Positions 28,433 to 39,067 of a stretch of 64,000 nucleotides of DNA are shown here, one piece after another. A program made the position numbers and the translations under genes. The stretch lies in the IMG/VR virus record IMGVR_UViG_3300034106_004022, positions 62,001-126,000 of that record; one strand, given 5' to 3'. How positions within the stretch are numbered: the first letter of the stretch is position 1; each line of letters opens with the position of its first letter. The DNA comes from an uncultured virus (IMG/VR IMGVR_UViG_3300034106_004022) (taxonomy: Duplodnaviria; Heunggongvirae; Uroviricota; Caudoviricetes). The notes under the pieces were generated by a model that ran no database searches, was not told the origin of the DNA, and was given only the letters and a program-made list of their open reading frames with translations.

Positions 28433-29054
28433 TATAACATATGCAGTTACAGTTTGTAATGAAATTGAAGAGATTACAAAATTAATCAATTTCATACATC
28501 CGAGAATTCAAAAAGAGGATGAGATTTTGATTCAATATGATTCAGATGGGGCTACTGAAGATGTGGTAAACTATCTAAGAATTATAGGTGAATTACATCA
28601 AAACATAAACATAATAAGTTTTCCACTTAATAAGGATTTTGCAAGTTTTAAAAACAACTTAAAGAATCATGCAAATGGTATCTTTATTTTCCAATTGGAT
28701 GCAGATGAAATCCCATCGGAATTTTTGATTGAAAATATGCACGATTTAATCGAAGCTAACTTAGATATTGATTTATTCTTTGTACCAAGAGTTAATACCG
28801 TTGAAGGATTAACCGATGAACATATTAAAAAATGGGGATGGCAATTAAATCCAAATGGTTGGATTAACTGGCCTGATTTACAAACTAGAATTTACCGAAG
28901 AACATCGGAGATTGAGTGGGATGGTAAAGTACATGAAAGAATCAAAGGTTATAATACATTAACTATCCTACCATTGCAAGAGGAATACGCTATCTATCAC
29001 CCTAAAGGAATAGAAAGACAAGAAAAACAAAACGAATTGTACGATACTATATGA
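28425..29054 (+). CDS. glycosyltransferase family 2
   Basis: VTVCNE, FQLDADE, WPDLQTRIY, VHERI. Confidence 0.88.
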   Translation: MVNITYAVTVCNEIEEITKLINFIHPRIQKEDEILIQYDSDGATEDVVNYLRIIGELHQNINIISFPLNKDFASFKNNLKNHANGIFIFQLDADEIPSEFLIENMHDLIEANLDIDLFFVPRVNTVEGLTDEHIKKWGWQLNPNGWINWPDLQTRIYRRTSEIEWDGKVHERIKGYNTLTILPLQEEYAIYHPKGIERQEKQNELYDTI

Positions 29055-30028
29055 GAATAGCATTTTTAACTGAAATGGGATTTAGTGGAACTATCCCACC
29101 AACTCATAATAATATGAGAACTGAGTTTGCTTGGATGAACGCTCTTAATGCGGTTCACTATCCATTAGAAACTTATGATTCGGTTAAAAACTATGATGTT
29201 GTATTTATCATATTTCCAAAAGGAAAAACCTATTTAAATTCTGAAGGTAGTACATTAGTAAATGGAGTAAATCCAGTATCTAAATATTTACAACAACCAA
29301 TAATACCAACTTTAAAAGAAAGTAATACTAAAGTATATTACATTCAAGAAGGACCACATTGGTGGTGGAATGATTATGAAGTTATAGACCAAATTCAGTT
29401 CTATAACTTTTTATCACTTACTGATGGTATATTTGCACACAATCTATCAGATTCTCAATATTATAGAGGATTATTCTGGAATAAAAAGGTAGAGATAATT
29501 CATTCACTTATGATAGAGGATTTCATCAAAGATATTCAACCTATTACTGAGGATAAAGTACTGATTGGTGGTAACTTCTCCCGATGGTATGGTGGGTTTG
29601 AATCTTATATGGTAGCATCTGAATTTGGATTACCAATATGGGGACAAGAATCTCACTCAAAAAGAGTAAATGAAGGTGGTATTGGTAACCTATCCCACTT
29701 CCCAAGAATGAATTGGAACGATTGGATGGTAGAAGTATCTAAATTCAAATATGGTGTACATCTAATGCCAACGGTAGCAGCTGGTACATTCTCACTTAAT
29801 TGTGCATATTTTGGGATACCTGTAATTGGTAATGAAAAGTTAGATACACAACGATTGCTACATCCAAACTTATCAGTAGATGTATCTGATATTGAATCAG
29901 CTATGTTAATGGTTGAGATGTTAAAAGACCCCATTTTCTACAAAAAGAAAAGTGAAGAAGCAAAAGATAATTACCAAACTTACTATACAAAAGAAGTTTG
30001 GTTAAAACAAATGATGAATAAAATATGA
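29051..30028 (+). CDS. putative GT-B glycosyltransferase
   Basis: C-terminal AGTFSLNCAYFGIPVIG. Confidence 0.6.
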   Translation: MRIAFLTEMGFSGTIPPTHNNMRTEFAWMNALNAVHYPLETYDSVKNYDVVFIIFPKGKTYLNSEGSTLVNGVNPVSKYLQQPIIPTLKESNTKVYYIQEGPHWWWNDYEVIDQIQFYNFLSLTDGIFAHNLSDSQYYRGLFWNKKVEIIHSLMIEDFIKDIQPITEDKVLIGGNFSRWYGGFESYMVASEFGLPIWGQESHSKRVNEGGIGNLSHFPRMNWNDWMVEVSKFKYGVHLMPTVAAGTFSLNCAYFGIPVIGNEKLDTQRLLHPNLSVDVSDIESAMLMVEMLKDPIFYKKKSEEAKDNYQTYYTKEVWLKQMMNKI

Positions 30029-30795
30029 TAACAGTTATATTAAATGGTTATAAGAGAGGCGAAAACCTCAACGAACAATTAGAAGCTCTAAGGAATCAAA
30101 CGGTAAAGCCGGATGAGATTCTTTTATGGTATAATAATCCAGGTGATAACGATTTGTTGAATTATGATATTGGAACGGAAATTCCAGTTGCATATTGTAA
30201 TTACAACTTTGGTGTATGGGCAAGATTCTACTTCGCAATGAACGCTAGAAATCCTTATGTTTGTGTATTTGATGATGATACAATCCCTGGCGAAAGATGG
30301 TTAGAAAATTGTATGGAAACTATGAAAACACATGAAGGTTTATTGGGTTCAGTTGGATTACTTTATCCAAACCCATTACCAGCGGAACATTCATCTTATT
30401 ACGAACACTACTTAAGATTCGGATGGCCGGAATTAGGTAACAATGAAAGAACTGTACAAGTTGATTTAGTTGGACATAGTTGGTTCTTTAAGAAAGAATG
30501 GTTATCTCATATGGTGAGAGAATTACCTGACCCAAAATACAATACCTGTGGTGAAGATATGCACTTTTCGTATATGTTACAAAAGTATGCAGGAATACCT
30601 ACATTTGTACCGCCACATCCTAAAGATGATAAATCCCTATGGGGGAGTATCAAAGGAGCTGAATATGGTGGTGATGCTAACTCACTATGGGAATCAAACC
30701 AAGCTAGTGTAGAAGGTACACCATTTAAACAATTAATGAATCAATATTTTCACGAACAAAGAATTAAAGGTTGGAAATTAGTAAATGAAAAATAA
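30025..30795 (+). CDS. GT-A (family 2-like) glycosyltransferase
   Basis: VFDDDTIPG, GEDMHFS. Confidence 0.8.
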   Translation: MITVILNGYKRGENLNEQLEALRNQTVKPDEILLWYNNPGDNDLLNYDIGTEIPVAYCNYNFGVWARFYFAMNARNPYVCVFDDDTIPGERWLENCMETMKTHEGLLGSVGLLYPNPLPAEHSSYYEHYLRFGWPELGNNERTVQVDLVGHSWFFKKEWLSHMVRELPDPKYNTCGEDMHFSYMLQKYAGIPTFVPPHPKDDKSLWGSIKGAEYGGDANSLWESNQASVEGTPFKQLMNQYFHEQRIKGWKLVNEK

Positions 30796-31786
30796 TACAA
30801 TATTACTCTGTTTTGGGACAAGACCCGAATGGTTAAAAATTAAACCATTGATTAAGATTATGGATAGAAGTGAATATAAACTTCTATTTACAGGTCAACA
30901 CCCTGATTTACTTCAAAATGTTAAAGTAGATTATAAAATTAATATAAACAATTCTGATAATAGATTGGATTCAATTATATCAGATTGTATGTTACAATTC
31001 CCTAATGGGGAATTCAGTTCAGTATTAGTTCAAGGTGATACTGGTTCAGCATTTGGCTGTGCATTAGCAGCATTCAATAGACAGTTAAAGATTTACTATT
31101 TGGAAGCTGGGTTAAGAAGTGGTGATTTACAACACCCATACCCTGAAGAGGGATATAGACAAATGATAGCAAGAATAGCAGATGTGAATCTTGCACCAAC
31201 TCAATTATCGGCTAATAATCTAATAAAAGAAAAAGTACATGGTAAAATTCATGTAGTTGGAAACTCTGTATTGGATAATTTGGTAGATTTTGGTGACCCA
31301 ACTTATGAAAACTTTGTACTGATTACTTTACATCGTAGAGAAAATCATTATTGGATGGATAAGTGGTTTACAGAACTTAATGATTTAGCAATAGCTAATC
31401 CTGATTTGGAATTTATTTTACCAATTCATCCAAATCCAAATGTTCAAAAATGGAAACATCTATTAACCAGTGTTAATGTGGTTGAACCAATGGAACATAC
31501 TGATATGATTTTACATATTAAGAAATGTAGATTCATTATTTCGGATAGTGGTGGATTACAAGAAGAGGGCTCATTTTTTAATAAGCAAGTAATTGTATGT
31601 AGAACTACAACCGAAAGACCTGAAGGATTATATACAGGTCATTTACATTTATGTAAAAATCCAAATGATTTAAAAAAATTATTTGGAAAAGTTAATAATA
31701 ATCCGTATATTAGTGAAAATTGTCCATATGGTGATGGTGATACTGCTATTAAAGTTTTAAATATATTAAGAGATGAAAAATTTTAG
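30785..31786 (+). CDS. wecB: UDP-N-acetylglucosamine 2-epimerase (non-hydrolysing)
   Basis: GTRPE, TGQH, VQGDT, EAGLRS, PEE, TLHRREN, DSGGLQEE, TERPE, YGDG. Confidence 0.93.
   Translation: MKNNTILLCFGTRPEWLKIKPLIKIMDRSEYKLLFTGQHPDLLQNVKVDYKININNSDNRLDSIISDCMLQFPNGEFSSVLVQGDTGSAFGCALAAFNRQLKIYYLEAGLRSGDLQHPYPEEGYRQMIARIADVNLAPTQLSANNLIKEKVHGKIHVVGNSVLDNLVDFGDPTYENFVLITLHRRENHYWMDKWFTELNDLAIANPDLEFILPIHPNPNVQKWKHLLTSVNVVEPMEHTDMILHIKKCRFIISDSGGLQEEGSFFNKQVIVCRTTTERPEGLYTGHLHLCKNPNDLKKLFGKVNNNPYISENCPYGDGDTAIKVLNILRDEKF
31682..31713 (+). promoter_or_regulatory. promoter embedded in the wecB 3' end
   Basis: TTTG-N20-TATATTAG. Confidence 0.55.
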
Positions 31787-32549
31787 AGAACACTTTTTTA
31801 AATTTAAATCCAAATTGGATAATAAAGAAAACTTCGCATTTTCACGTTATTCAGATGGTGAAATGTATATCTTACAAAATAAAGAATTAGTATTAGATAA
31901 TGGGCTAATTCAGATTGGAAATGAAAAGCAAGGTGGTGTTTATCAGTCACCTGATTTCAAACACTTTGACCCAAAAGAACATTCATTTTATCAACAGAAG
32001 TTAGTTGAATCACTTCAATACAAACAACACAATTATTACAAAGGAATTAGTTGTAGTTGTTGTGTAGGTAAGGAAGCATTTGATTGGCAGGTTGATTTAG
32101 CTGGTGGTGATGATGAATCACTAACTTGGGCTAATCTTTGGGTAAACGGAAACTATCCTATATTCATAACACATATTCTACCAATTTTTTATAGTAGAGA
32201 TTGTGTGTTTATTGGACATGAGGATGCTAACTTAAATAGATTACCATTTTTTGTGAAAGACTTTAGAGTGGGTTATAACGCAATGATTAATGATTATGGA
32301 AAAATTGAAAATATTAAAGAGTGGATTAGAACAAATAATGTTAAAAACCACATATTCCTTTTTTCGGCTTCTACTTTTACCAATTTGGCAATTGTGGAGT
32401 TGTTTAGAGATTACCCTGATAACACTTATGTTGATATTGGGACTTGTTTAACACCAATGATGGATATGCCAACTCATAGAGGGTATTTACAATCATTTTG
32501 GAATTACCAAAACACACAAGATATTCAAAAGATTTGCATATGGAATTAG
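31773..32549 (+). CDS. GT-D (DUF1792)-like glycosyltransferase
   Basis: FSRYSDGE ... YVDIGT. Confidence 0.65.
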   Translation: MKNFREHFFKFKSKLDNKENFAFSRYSDGEMYILQNKELVLDNGLIQIGNEKQGGVYQSPDFKHFDPKEHSFYQQKLVESLQYKQHNYYKGISCSCCVGKEAFDWQVDLAGGDDESLTWANLWVNGNYPIFITHILPIFYSRDCVFIGHEDANLNRLPFFVKDFRVGYNAMINDYGKIENIKEWIRTNNVKNHIFLFSASTFTNLAIVELFRDYPDNTYVDIGTCLTPMMDMPTHRGYLQSFWNYQNTQDIQKICIWN

Positions 32550-32923
32550 TAGAATGTACAAGCGGATATTGGGAATTTGTAAGAGTTCTTAGAAATGATA
32601 AAAGAGTATTGAGTGGATTTATCAAATCAACTCATATTACTGAAGAAATGCAGAATTCATATATGAAAACACATTCTCAGTTTTATCGTATAGCATTGGT
32701 TAATGGTAAACCTGCTGGATACGTTGGTGTTATTGAAGATGATATCAGAGTATGTACACATCCTGATTTTCAAGGTTTGGGAGTTGGTAAGTTTATGATA
32801 AACCAATGTATGGTTACATGGCCTACCGCATTTGCAAAAGTAAAAATAGATAATGAAGCAAGTATGAAATTATTCGAAGCTTGTGGATTTACAAAAAAAT
32901 ATTATATATTAACTAAAGATTAA
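32540..32923 (+). CDS. GNAT N-acetyltransferase (PseH-like)
   Basis: LRND, HPDFQGLGVGK, NEASMKLFEACGF; start corrected to 32540. Confidence 0.85.
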   Translation: MELVECTSGYWEFVRVLRNDKRVLSGFIKSTHITEEMQNSYMKTHSQFYRIALVNGKPAGYVGVIEDDIRVCTHPDFQGLGVGKFMINQCMVTWPTAFAKVKIDNEASMKLFEACGFTKKYYILTKD

Positions 32924-32926
32924 ATT

Positions 32927-33553
32927 ATGTTACACAATCCATACAAAATTGTAAGAATGTTTGAAGAGGAAATCGCTAATTATACCGGCGCTCCTTACGC
33001 TATCTCAATTGATAGTTGTACAAACGCATTATTCCTTATTTGTAAATACAATGAGGTGAAGGAAGTTACAATCCCATCAAAAACGTATCTATCAGTACCT
33101 CAATCGATTATACATGCTGGTGGTACAGTTATCTTCGATAAGAGAGCAGAAACAAACCATTGGAAGGGTTTATACCAATTCAAACCATATCCTATCTACG
33201 ATGCCGCAAAACGATTAACAAGCGGTATGTACATACCCGGAACTTATATGGGGTTATCATTCCACATTAAAAAGTTACTTCCAATTTGGAAAGGTGGTAT
33301 GATTCTAACCGATAATGCTGATGCGGCTGATTGGTTTAAAAAAGCTCGTTATGAAGGTAGAAGTGAAAAATATTACAAAGAGGATGATATTACATTCCAT
33401 GGTTGGAATATGTATATGACTCCACAACAAGCAGCTCAAGGTTTGGCTATGTTTCAAAACTATCCAGAACATATGAGTGATTTAGGTGAAGATAATGGTT
33501 ATAGAGATTTAACCGAATTTACTGTTTTCAAAAGCAATAAAGTTATAGAATAA
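32927..33553 (+). CDS. short DegT/DnrJ/EryC1/StrS sugar aminotransferase
   Basis: FEEEIA, SCTNAL, YDAA, SFHIKK...GGMILT. Confidence 0.8.
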   Translation: MLHNPYKIVRMFEEEIANYTGAPYAISIDSCTNALFLICKYNEVKEVTIPSKTYLSVPQSIIHAGGTVIFDKRAETNHWKGLYQFKPYPIYDAAKRLTSGMYIPGTYMGLSFHIKKLLPIWKGGMILTDNADAADWFKKARYEGRSEKYYKEDDITFHGWNMYMTPQQAAQGLAMFQNYPEHMSDLGEDNGYRDLTEFTVFKSNKVIE

Positions 33554-34218
33554 TGAAAGTAGAAAAATTAATTAGTAAAAATCAACCATCAAATTGGTTT
33601 AATCAAATAACAAAAGAATGTAGGGATGAATATCCAATTCATTTAGTTGACATAGATGCATCGGAAAAACTCGTTGATATGGGATGTAATGTTGGTGGTT
33701 TTAGTGAAGCATGGAATTATCGCTTTCATAATATCTTAGCAATTGATGCAGCCTCATATAATGTTGAACAATATAAAAGTAGACATTCTCATCAAATTTT
33801 ACACAAAGCAGTATCATCTAAAGATGGTGAAATTGTAAAGTTAAAAAAATATATGGGTAACAATGATGATGATACTAATTCTGGAAACTTTTCAATAACA
33901 GGTTTTGTAAATGAACATAACAAACATGGATTTAGGGGTGATGAATATGAAGAGGTTGAAACTATTAGTTTAGAAACCATTTTAGAAATGGTTGGTACTA
34001 TTGGTTTGTTGAAAATTGATATAGAAGGTGCTGAAGTGGATGTATTGTACCAAAAGGATTTATCAAAAGTAAATTACATAACTGGAGAATTCCATAATTT
34101 TATTGGTAAAGAAAATCAATCAAAATTATTTGGATGGATTGGTAATACTCATACTGAAATATATTCTGTTGGTGATGGTGTTAGTTCTCATTTTATAAAA
34201 ATGTGGAAAAGAAAATAG
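33553..34218 (+). CDS. FkbM-family methyltransferase
   Basis: VDMGCNVGGFS, LLKIDIEGAE, GEFH. Confidence 0.88.
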   Translation: MKVEKLISKNQPSNWFNQITKECRDEYPIHLVDIDASEKLVDMGCNVGGFSEAWNYRFHNILAIDAASYNVEQYKSRHSHQILHKAVSSKDGEIVKLKKYMGNNDDDTNSGNFSITGFVNEHNKHGFRGDEYEEVETISLETILEMVGTIGLLKIDIEGAEVDVLYQKDLSKVNYITGEFHNFIGKENQSKLFGWIGNTHTEIYSVGDGVSSHFIKMWKRK

Positions 34219-34219
34219 T

Positions 34220-34945
34220 ATGAAAATAGCACTATGTTTACATGGTTTATTTGATTCAACAACTGATGGTAGTTCCAATGGTTATGATGGATACAACCAT
34301 ATTAAAAAACACATTTTAGATATTACTGATACTGATGTGTTTATCCATAGTTGGGATATTGAAAAAGAGAGTGAAATCACTAAGTTATATAATCCAACGT
34401 CAGCCATATTTGAAGCCCCAAAAGATTTTAATGAATTGGTAAATGGTAGAGGTTTAAATAATTTGAGTGGAACACCACGTTCACCTCAAAGTGTATTATC
34501 CCATCTTTATAGTGTAACTGAATCAATGAAGTTACCATATATAACTAATTCAGAATATGATATCATTATTAAAGCTCGTTTTGATTTGGGTAGAATAAAT
34601 AGAGATACATCTGGACCAGGTAGAGGTAACCCATACCCAGTTCAATGTATTAATTTTCAAACTGAAATCGAATCTGATAAAATATATATGGCAGATTGGA
34701 ATCATTTCAAAATGGGACCAGCGGATATGTGGTTTTATGGTACAATGGAAACTATGAAACCATTTACATCATTATATAATTCATTAGAGGAGCAAATGGA
34801 ATTTAGAAGTCCATTTCACACATTTGCAGCTCAGATAGAAGGAAACCCTGGTGACCTTTCAAATTCCATAGCATTTTATAAATGGTGGATGATACAAAAT
34901 GGACTTTGGGAAAATAGAATAAATTTACAAACAATATGGGAATAG
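34220..34945 (+). CDS. putative glycosyltransferase-like protein (KIALC...RxD family)
   Basis: KIALCLHG, DVFIHSW, YDIIIKARFDL. Confidence 0.6.
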   Translation: MKIALCLHGLFDSTTDGSSNGYDGYNHIKKHILDITDTDVFIHSWDIEKESEITKLYNPTSAIFEAPKDFNELVNGRGLNNLSGTPRSPQSVLSHLYSVTESMKLPYITNSEYDIIIKARFDLGRINRDTSGPGRGNPYPVQCINFQTEIESDKIYMADWNHFKMGPADMWFYGTMETMKPFTSLYNSLEEQMEFRSPFHTFAAQIEGNPGDLSNSIAFYKWWMIQNGLWENRINLQTIWE

Positions 34946-35634
34946 AATTACCAATAGTAGTGTACACTCACACCGATATGAAGGATGTATGGCCAATGTT
35001 TTTTGGACAATTCAAAAAATATATCAATGGTTATAAAGTGTATGTGGCTGTTAATCAAATAGATACGCAAATACCATCGGATTATATCCAATTGGTATAT
35101 GATGATTCAAAATCATATACAGAGCGCTGGAGACAAATACTTCCACAAATTGAGGAAGATGTTATTATGTTTTTGCATGAGGATATGATATTATTCGATA
35201 CACCTAATTTTGAATTATTAGAAAAGTATTATGGTTATGTTAAAAGTGGAGTAGTTGAGAGTATTAAAATGATATTAGCAGGTGATTCATTTCTTCCATC
35301 AACCATAGATAGTACATTAGTTACCAATCAATACGCAAAGTTTTCAATCCAACCAACACTAGTTAAAAAGGAAATATTTCAAAATTTAGTTAATACTATT
35401 GGTTCGTTAAATATTTGGCAATTTGAAGAAGCTATTATTTCATATGGTCGGGATTTTATGATACGAGTTGGTAGTGAGAAAAAAAGAGGTATGTATCACT
35501 ATGATAGTATTGTTTTCCCTTATATAGCAACTGCTATTAATAAAGGAAAATGGAATATGAGTGAATACCAAAAAGAATTGGATAAAATGTTTAATGAATA
35601 TGGTGTAATGCCATTTGAAAGAGGAATAGTATGA
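34936..35634 (+). CDS. putative GT-A-like protein
   Basis: MFLHEDMIL, WQFE, KGKW; glycan-locus context. Confidence 0.55.
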   Translation: MGIELPIVVYTHTDMKDVWPMFFGQFKKYINGYKVYVAVNQIDTQIPSDYIQLVYDDSKSYTERWRQILPQIEEDVIMFLHEDMILFDTPNFELLEKYYGYVKSGVVESIKMILAGDSFLPSTIDSTLVTNQYAKFSIQPTLVKKEIFQNLVNTIGSLNIWQFEEAIISYGRDFMIRVGSEKKRGMYHYDSIVFPYIATAINKGKWNMSEYQKELDKMFNEYGVMPFERGIV

Positions 35635-36998
35635 TAAAATTAATAGTATTTGATTTAGATGGAGTTTTAGTAGAAGCTAAGAATATCCACTTTGATGCAC
35701 TAAATAATGCATTAGGACCTGAATATGAAATAAGTTGGGCTGAACACCTTTCAACTTATGATGGTTTGAAAACAAACCAAAAGTTGAATATGTTGAGTGA
35801 ACAAAAGGGATTACCAACTGAATTACATAAACAAGTATGGGATAAAAAACAAAAGTACACATTACAGATGTTAAAAGAGTTGAAACCAAATCAAACTCTA
35901 CAATCGGTAATGAATGCACTTTCTGAAGATGGATACAAATTAGCAGTTTGTTCTAATTCAATCAGAAAGACAGTTTTGACTGTACTTTCAAAATTGGGAA
36001 TAATGGAGTTTATGGATTTAATTATCTCAAATGAAGATGTTAAGAATTCTAAACCACACCCTGAGATGTATTGGAAAGCAATTTCAATGATGAGTTGTTT
36101 ACCAGAAGAAACTCTAATTGTAGAGGATTCACCTTATGGGTTACTTGCGGCATCTCGTTCCAAATCTCATATTTTGAGAGTTAGAAATCCACAAGAAGTA
36201 ACCTATACGAACATATTTAAAAAATTAACTGAAATACAAATGGGTAAAATAGAAACAACACCTAAATGGGTAGATAAAAAGTTGAATGTATTAATTCCAA
36301 TGGCTGGTGCTGGAAGTAGATTCCAAACTGCTGGTTATACATTCCCAAAACCACTAATTGATGTAGAGGGTAAACCAATGATTCAAGTTGTGGTAGAAAA
36401 TTTGAACATAGATGCAAATTACATATATGTAGTTCAGAAAGCACATAGAGAGCAATATAACTTAGATACCTTACTAAATTTAATTACACCTGGTTGTAAA
36501 GTAGTAGAAGTAGATACATTAACCGAAGGAGCTGCTTGTACGGCATTATTGGCTAAAGAATTTATTGATTCAGAGGCACCACTTTTCTTTGCAAATTCAG
36601 ACCAATTTGTAGAATGGGATTCAAACGAATTCTTTTACAAAATGAATGAGAACGATTGTGATGGTGGAATACCAACATTTAAAGCAACTCACCCAAAATG
36701 GAGTTTTGCTAAGTTAGATGATGATGGATTTGTAACCGAAGTACAAGAGAAAAACCCAATATCTGATTTGGCAACAATTGGTTTTTATTATTGGAAACAT
36801 GGTTCGGATTTTGTGAAATACGCTGAAGAGATGATTGAGCAAGATATTAGAGTGAATGGAGAATTCTATGTTTGTCCTGTTTATAACAACGCAATTAAAG
36901 CTGGATTAAAGGTTAGAACATTCGATGTACCTAAAATGTGGGGATTGGGAACCCCTGAGGATTTAAAATATTATTTAGAAAATTATAAAAATGATTAA
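35631..36998 (+). CDS. HAD phosphatase fused to a nucleotidyltransferase
   Basis: FDLDGVL, KPHP, VEDS; PMAGAGSRF...PKPLI, GEFYVCPVYN, LGTPEDL. Confidence 0.88.
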   Translation: MIKLIVFDLDGVLVEAKNIHFDALNNALGPEYEISWAEHLSTYDGLKTNQKLNMLSEQKGLPTELHKQVWDKKQKYTLQMLKELKPNQTLQSVMNALSEDGYKLAVCSNSIRKTVLTVLSKLGIMEFMDLIISNEDVKNSKPHPEMYWKAISMMSCLPEETLIVEDSPYGLLAASRSKSHILRVRNPQEVTYTNIFKKLTEIQMGKIETTPKWVDKKLNVLIPMAGAGSRFQTAGYTFPKPLIDVEGKPMIQVVVENLNIDANYIYVVQKAHREQYNLDTLLNLITPGCKVVEVDTLTEGAACTALLAKEFIDSEAPLFFANSDQFVEWDSNEFFYKMNENDCDGGIPTFKATHPKWSFAKLDDDGFVTEVQEKNPISDLATIGFYYWKHGSDFVKYAEEMIEQDIRVNGEFYVCPVYNNAIKAGLKVRTFDVPKMWGLGTPEDLKYYLENYKND

Positions 36999-37818
36999 AA
37001 CAGCTACTATAATAACAACTCATAATCCTAAATTTCATCATGCATTTAATTTATTGGAATCCTATATAAAATATGTAGAGAAACCACATGACTTATATTT
37101 TATTTTTACAAATGAAAATGAAATGTTTGATTTTAATTGGAAATCCGAATACAAATATATGGATAATTATAAACCATTAATATTGGATGAATCATTGAGA
37201 GATAAAAAAAGTATTGTTAATGTTAAAAAAATGTTTGCATTACAATCTATAATTAACGATTATGATTATGTTGGTGTATATGATTGTGAATCTGAATTTG
37301 TTAAAAATTGTAACTTAGATACCATATATGAAAATATTGCATCATATGATTATGTAAAGGCTAACGAATCTGAAATTGGAGGTAATATAATAAAGTTAGC
37401 AGCAGGATATATGGGATTGGATACTAATGAAATATTAATAAATCAAACTAAAAATTATTCTCTATATTGGTGGTTTAGTGAAATACCTGTTTATAAAAAA
37501 GAATTGTTTATAGATTTCTATGATTGGTATAAATCATCTGAAAATTTAAATACATTACAATCAGAATATTATGCATTTGATTATTTGGTTTATATAATAT
37601 GGTTAGTTTGTTTTAAAAATTTTAAAATCAAACATATTGAATTACCATTTAAATCCGAAATTTCAGCAGTTGAGGATTTTAGATTAACACAAGAACAAAA
37701 GGATATTGTTAGTAATGAATTTCAATCGTATTGGTCTGTAAATGGTGTAAACCATAAAAAGTATGATAATATAAAATTAATAGTACATTCGGATAATGCT
37801 GGATATATAGATAAATAA
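36991..37818 (+). CDS. hypothetical glycan-locus protein
   Basis: coupled ORF; DCE motif. Confidence 0.5.
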   Translation: MIKTATIITTHNPKFHHAFNLLESYIKYVEKPHDLYFIFTNENEMFDFNWKSEYKYMDNYKPLILDESLRDKKSIVNVKKMFALQSIINDYDYVGVYDCESEFVKNCNLDTIYENIASYDYVKANESEIGGNIIKLAAGYMGLDTNEILINQTKNYSLYWWFSEIPVYKKELFIDFYDWYKSSENLNTLQSEYYAFDYLVYIIWLVCFKNFKIKHIELPFKSEISAVEDFRLTQEQKDIVSNEFQSYWSVNGVNHKKYDNIKLIVHSDNAGYIDK

Positions 37819-37828
37819 AAAAATAATA

Positions 37829-39067
37829 ATGACAAATTATCAAAGAGTTACCTTTATTATACCTTGTAGGAATAATTTAAGATTTTTACAACAAGCCGTT
37901 TCATCAATTGAAGAACATTATGGTGATGGGCATGATATTGTGATAATGGATGATGCATCAACTGATGATAGTTGGGAATGGATTGAAAAATATGGTTCGG
38001 ATAAGAATCATATTTTAACTTATAGAAATGGTGGAAAAGATAGAGTTGGGCATACTGTTTTATACGATATAGGTATTCAATTAGCTAGAACACCAATCGT
38101 AACAATATTACATTCAGATATGATTGTAACACCAAACTATGTTGGGAATATGTTGAAACACCTTAAACCAATGAGTGTAGTTTCAGCCACTAGAATCGAA
38201 CCACCATTGCATCCACCTGGTCCTGAAAAATATGTTAAGAATTTTGGAATGGATGTGGATGAGTTTACTGATGCCAAATCCAATTTCTTAAAATTTGTAT
38301 ATGAAGCTGAGTATCTAAATGAGGGTAAAGTTACTAATGGTATCTTTGCACCTTGGATGTTATATAAAGAAGATTTTGTATCTATTGGTGGGCATGATAA
38401 ATTATTTGCACCTATGGAGTTGGAAGATTCTGATATATTTAATAGGTTCCATTTGAATGGGTACCAATTAATTCAGAGTAGAGATGCATTTGTATATCAT
38501 ATGACTTGTAGAGGTAGTAGATTTAAAGATGGTATCGAAATAGAAAAAGAGATACCACTACCAGATGGTACAATATGGTTCAAACCAAAAGACTCTGAAG
38601 AATATTTACAACTAAGAGCAACCAAATTTAGAGAGTGGTGGAGAAAGTGGCATACTGATGTTTTACATGATGATAATATGATGCCAATAGTTCCTAAAAG
38701 ATATTCAACATCATTTATAATTGAAAATTGTAGACCACAACTACTTTCAATATTAGAACCCTGGTGTGATGATATCTATGTAGATTGTGAATTTAACTCA
38801 TATATTATGAATGAAGATTCTAAATCGGAATATATAATATCCGATAAAGTTCATTCAATTGGTAATGATGTTAAAAATAATGTACACATTAAATTTGATG
38901 CTAGTAAATTAACTAATCAACATTTTACTGAATTTATTAAAAAATTACCATTTATTATTGAACAAACTGGGCAATTGGGTACATTCAATTGGGATATATT
39001 TGAAATAAGTATTTTATCTTTAAATACAATTGACATGATTAAACCTCACTTTAAAAACGTATTTTAA
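37829..39067 (+). CDS. glycosyltransferase family 2
   Basis: IIPCRN, DDASTD, HSDM, GGHD, EDSD, VYH. Confidence 0.9.
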   Translation: MTNYQRVTFIIPCRNNLRFLQQAVSSIEEHYGDGHDIVIMDDASTDDSWEWIEKYGSDKNHILTYRNGGKDRVGHTVLYDIGIQLARTPIVTILHSDMIVTPNYVGNMLKHLKPMSVVSATRIEPPLHPPGPEKYVKNFGMDVDEFTDAKSNFLKFVYEAEYLNEGKVTNGIFAPWMLYKEDFVSIGGHDKLFAPMELEDSDIFNRFHLNGYQLIQSRDAFVYHMTCRGSRFKDGIEIEKEIPLPDGTIWFKPKDSEEYLQLRATKFREWWRKWHTDVLHDDNMMPIVPKRYSTSFIIENCRPQLLSILEPWCDDIYVDCEFNSYIMNEDSKSEYIISDKVHSIGNDVKNNVHIKFDASKLTNQHFTEFIKKLPFIIEQTGQLGTFNWDIFEISILSLNTIDMIKPHFKNVF

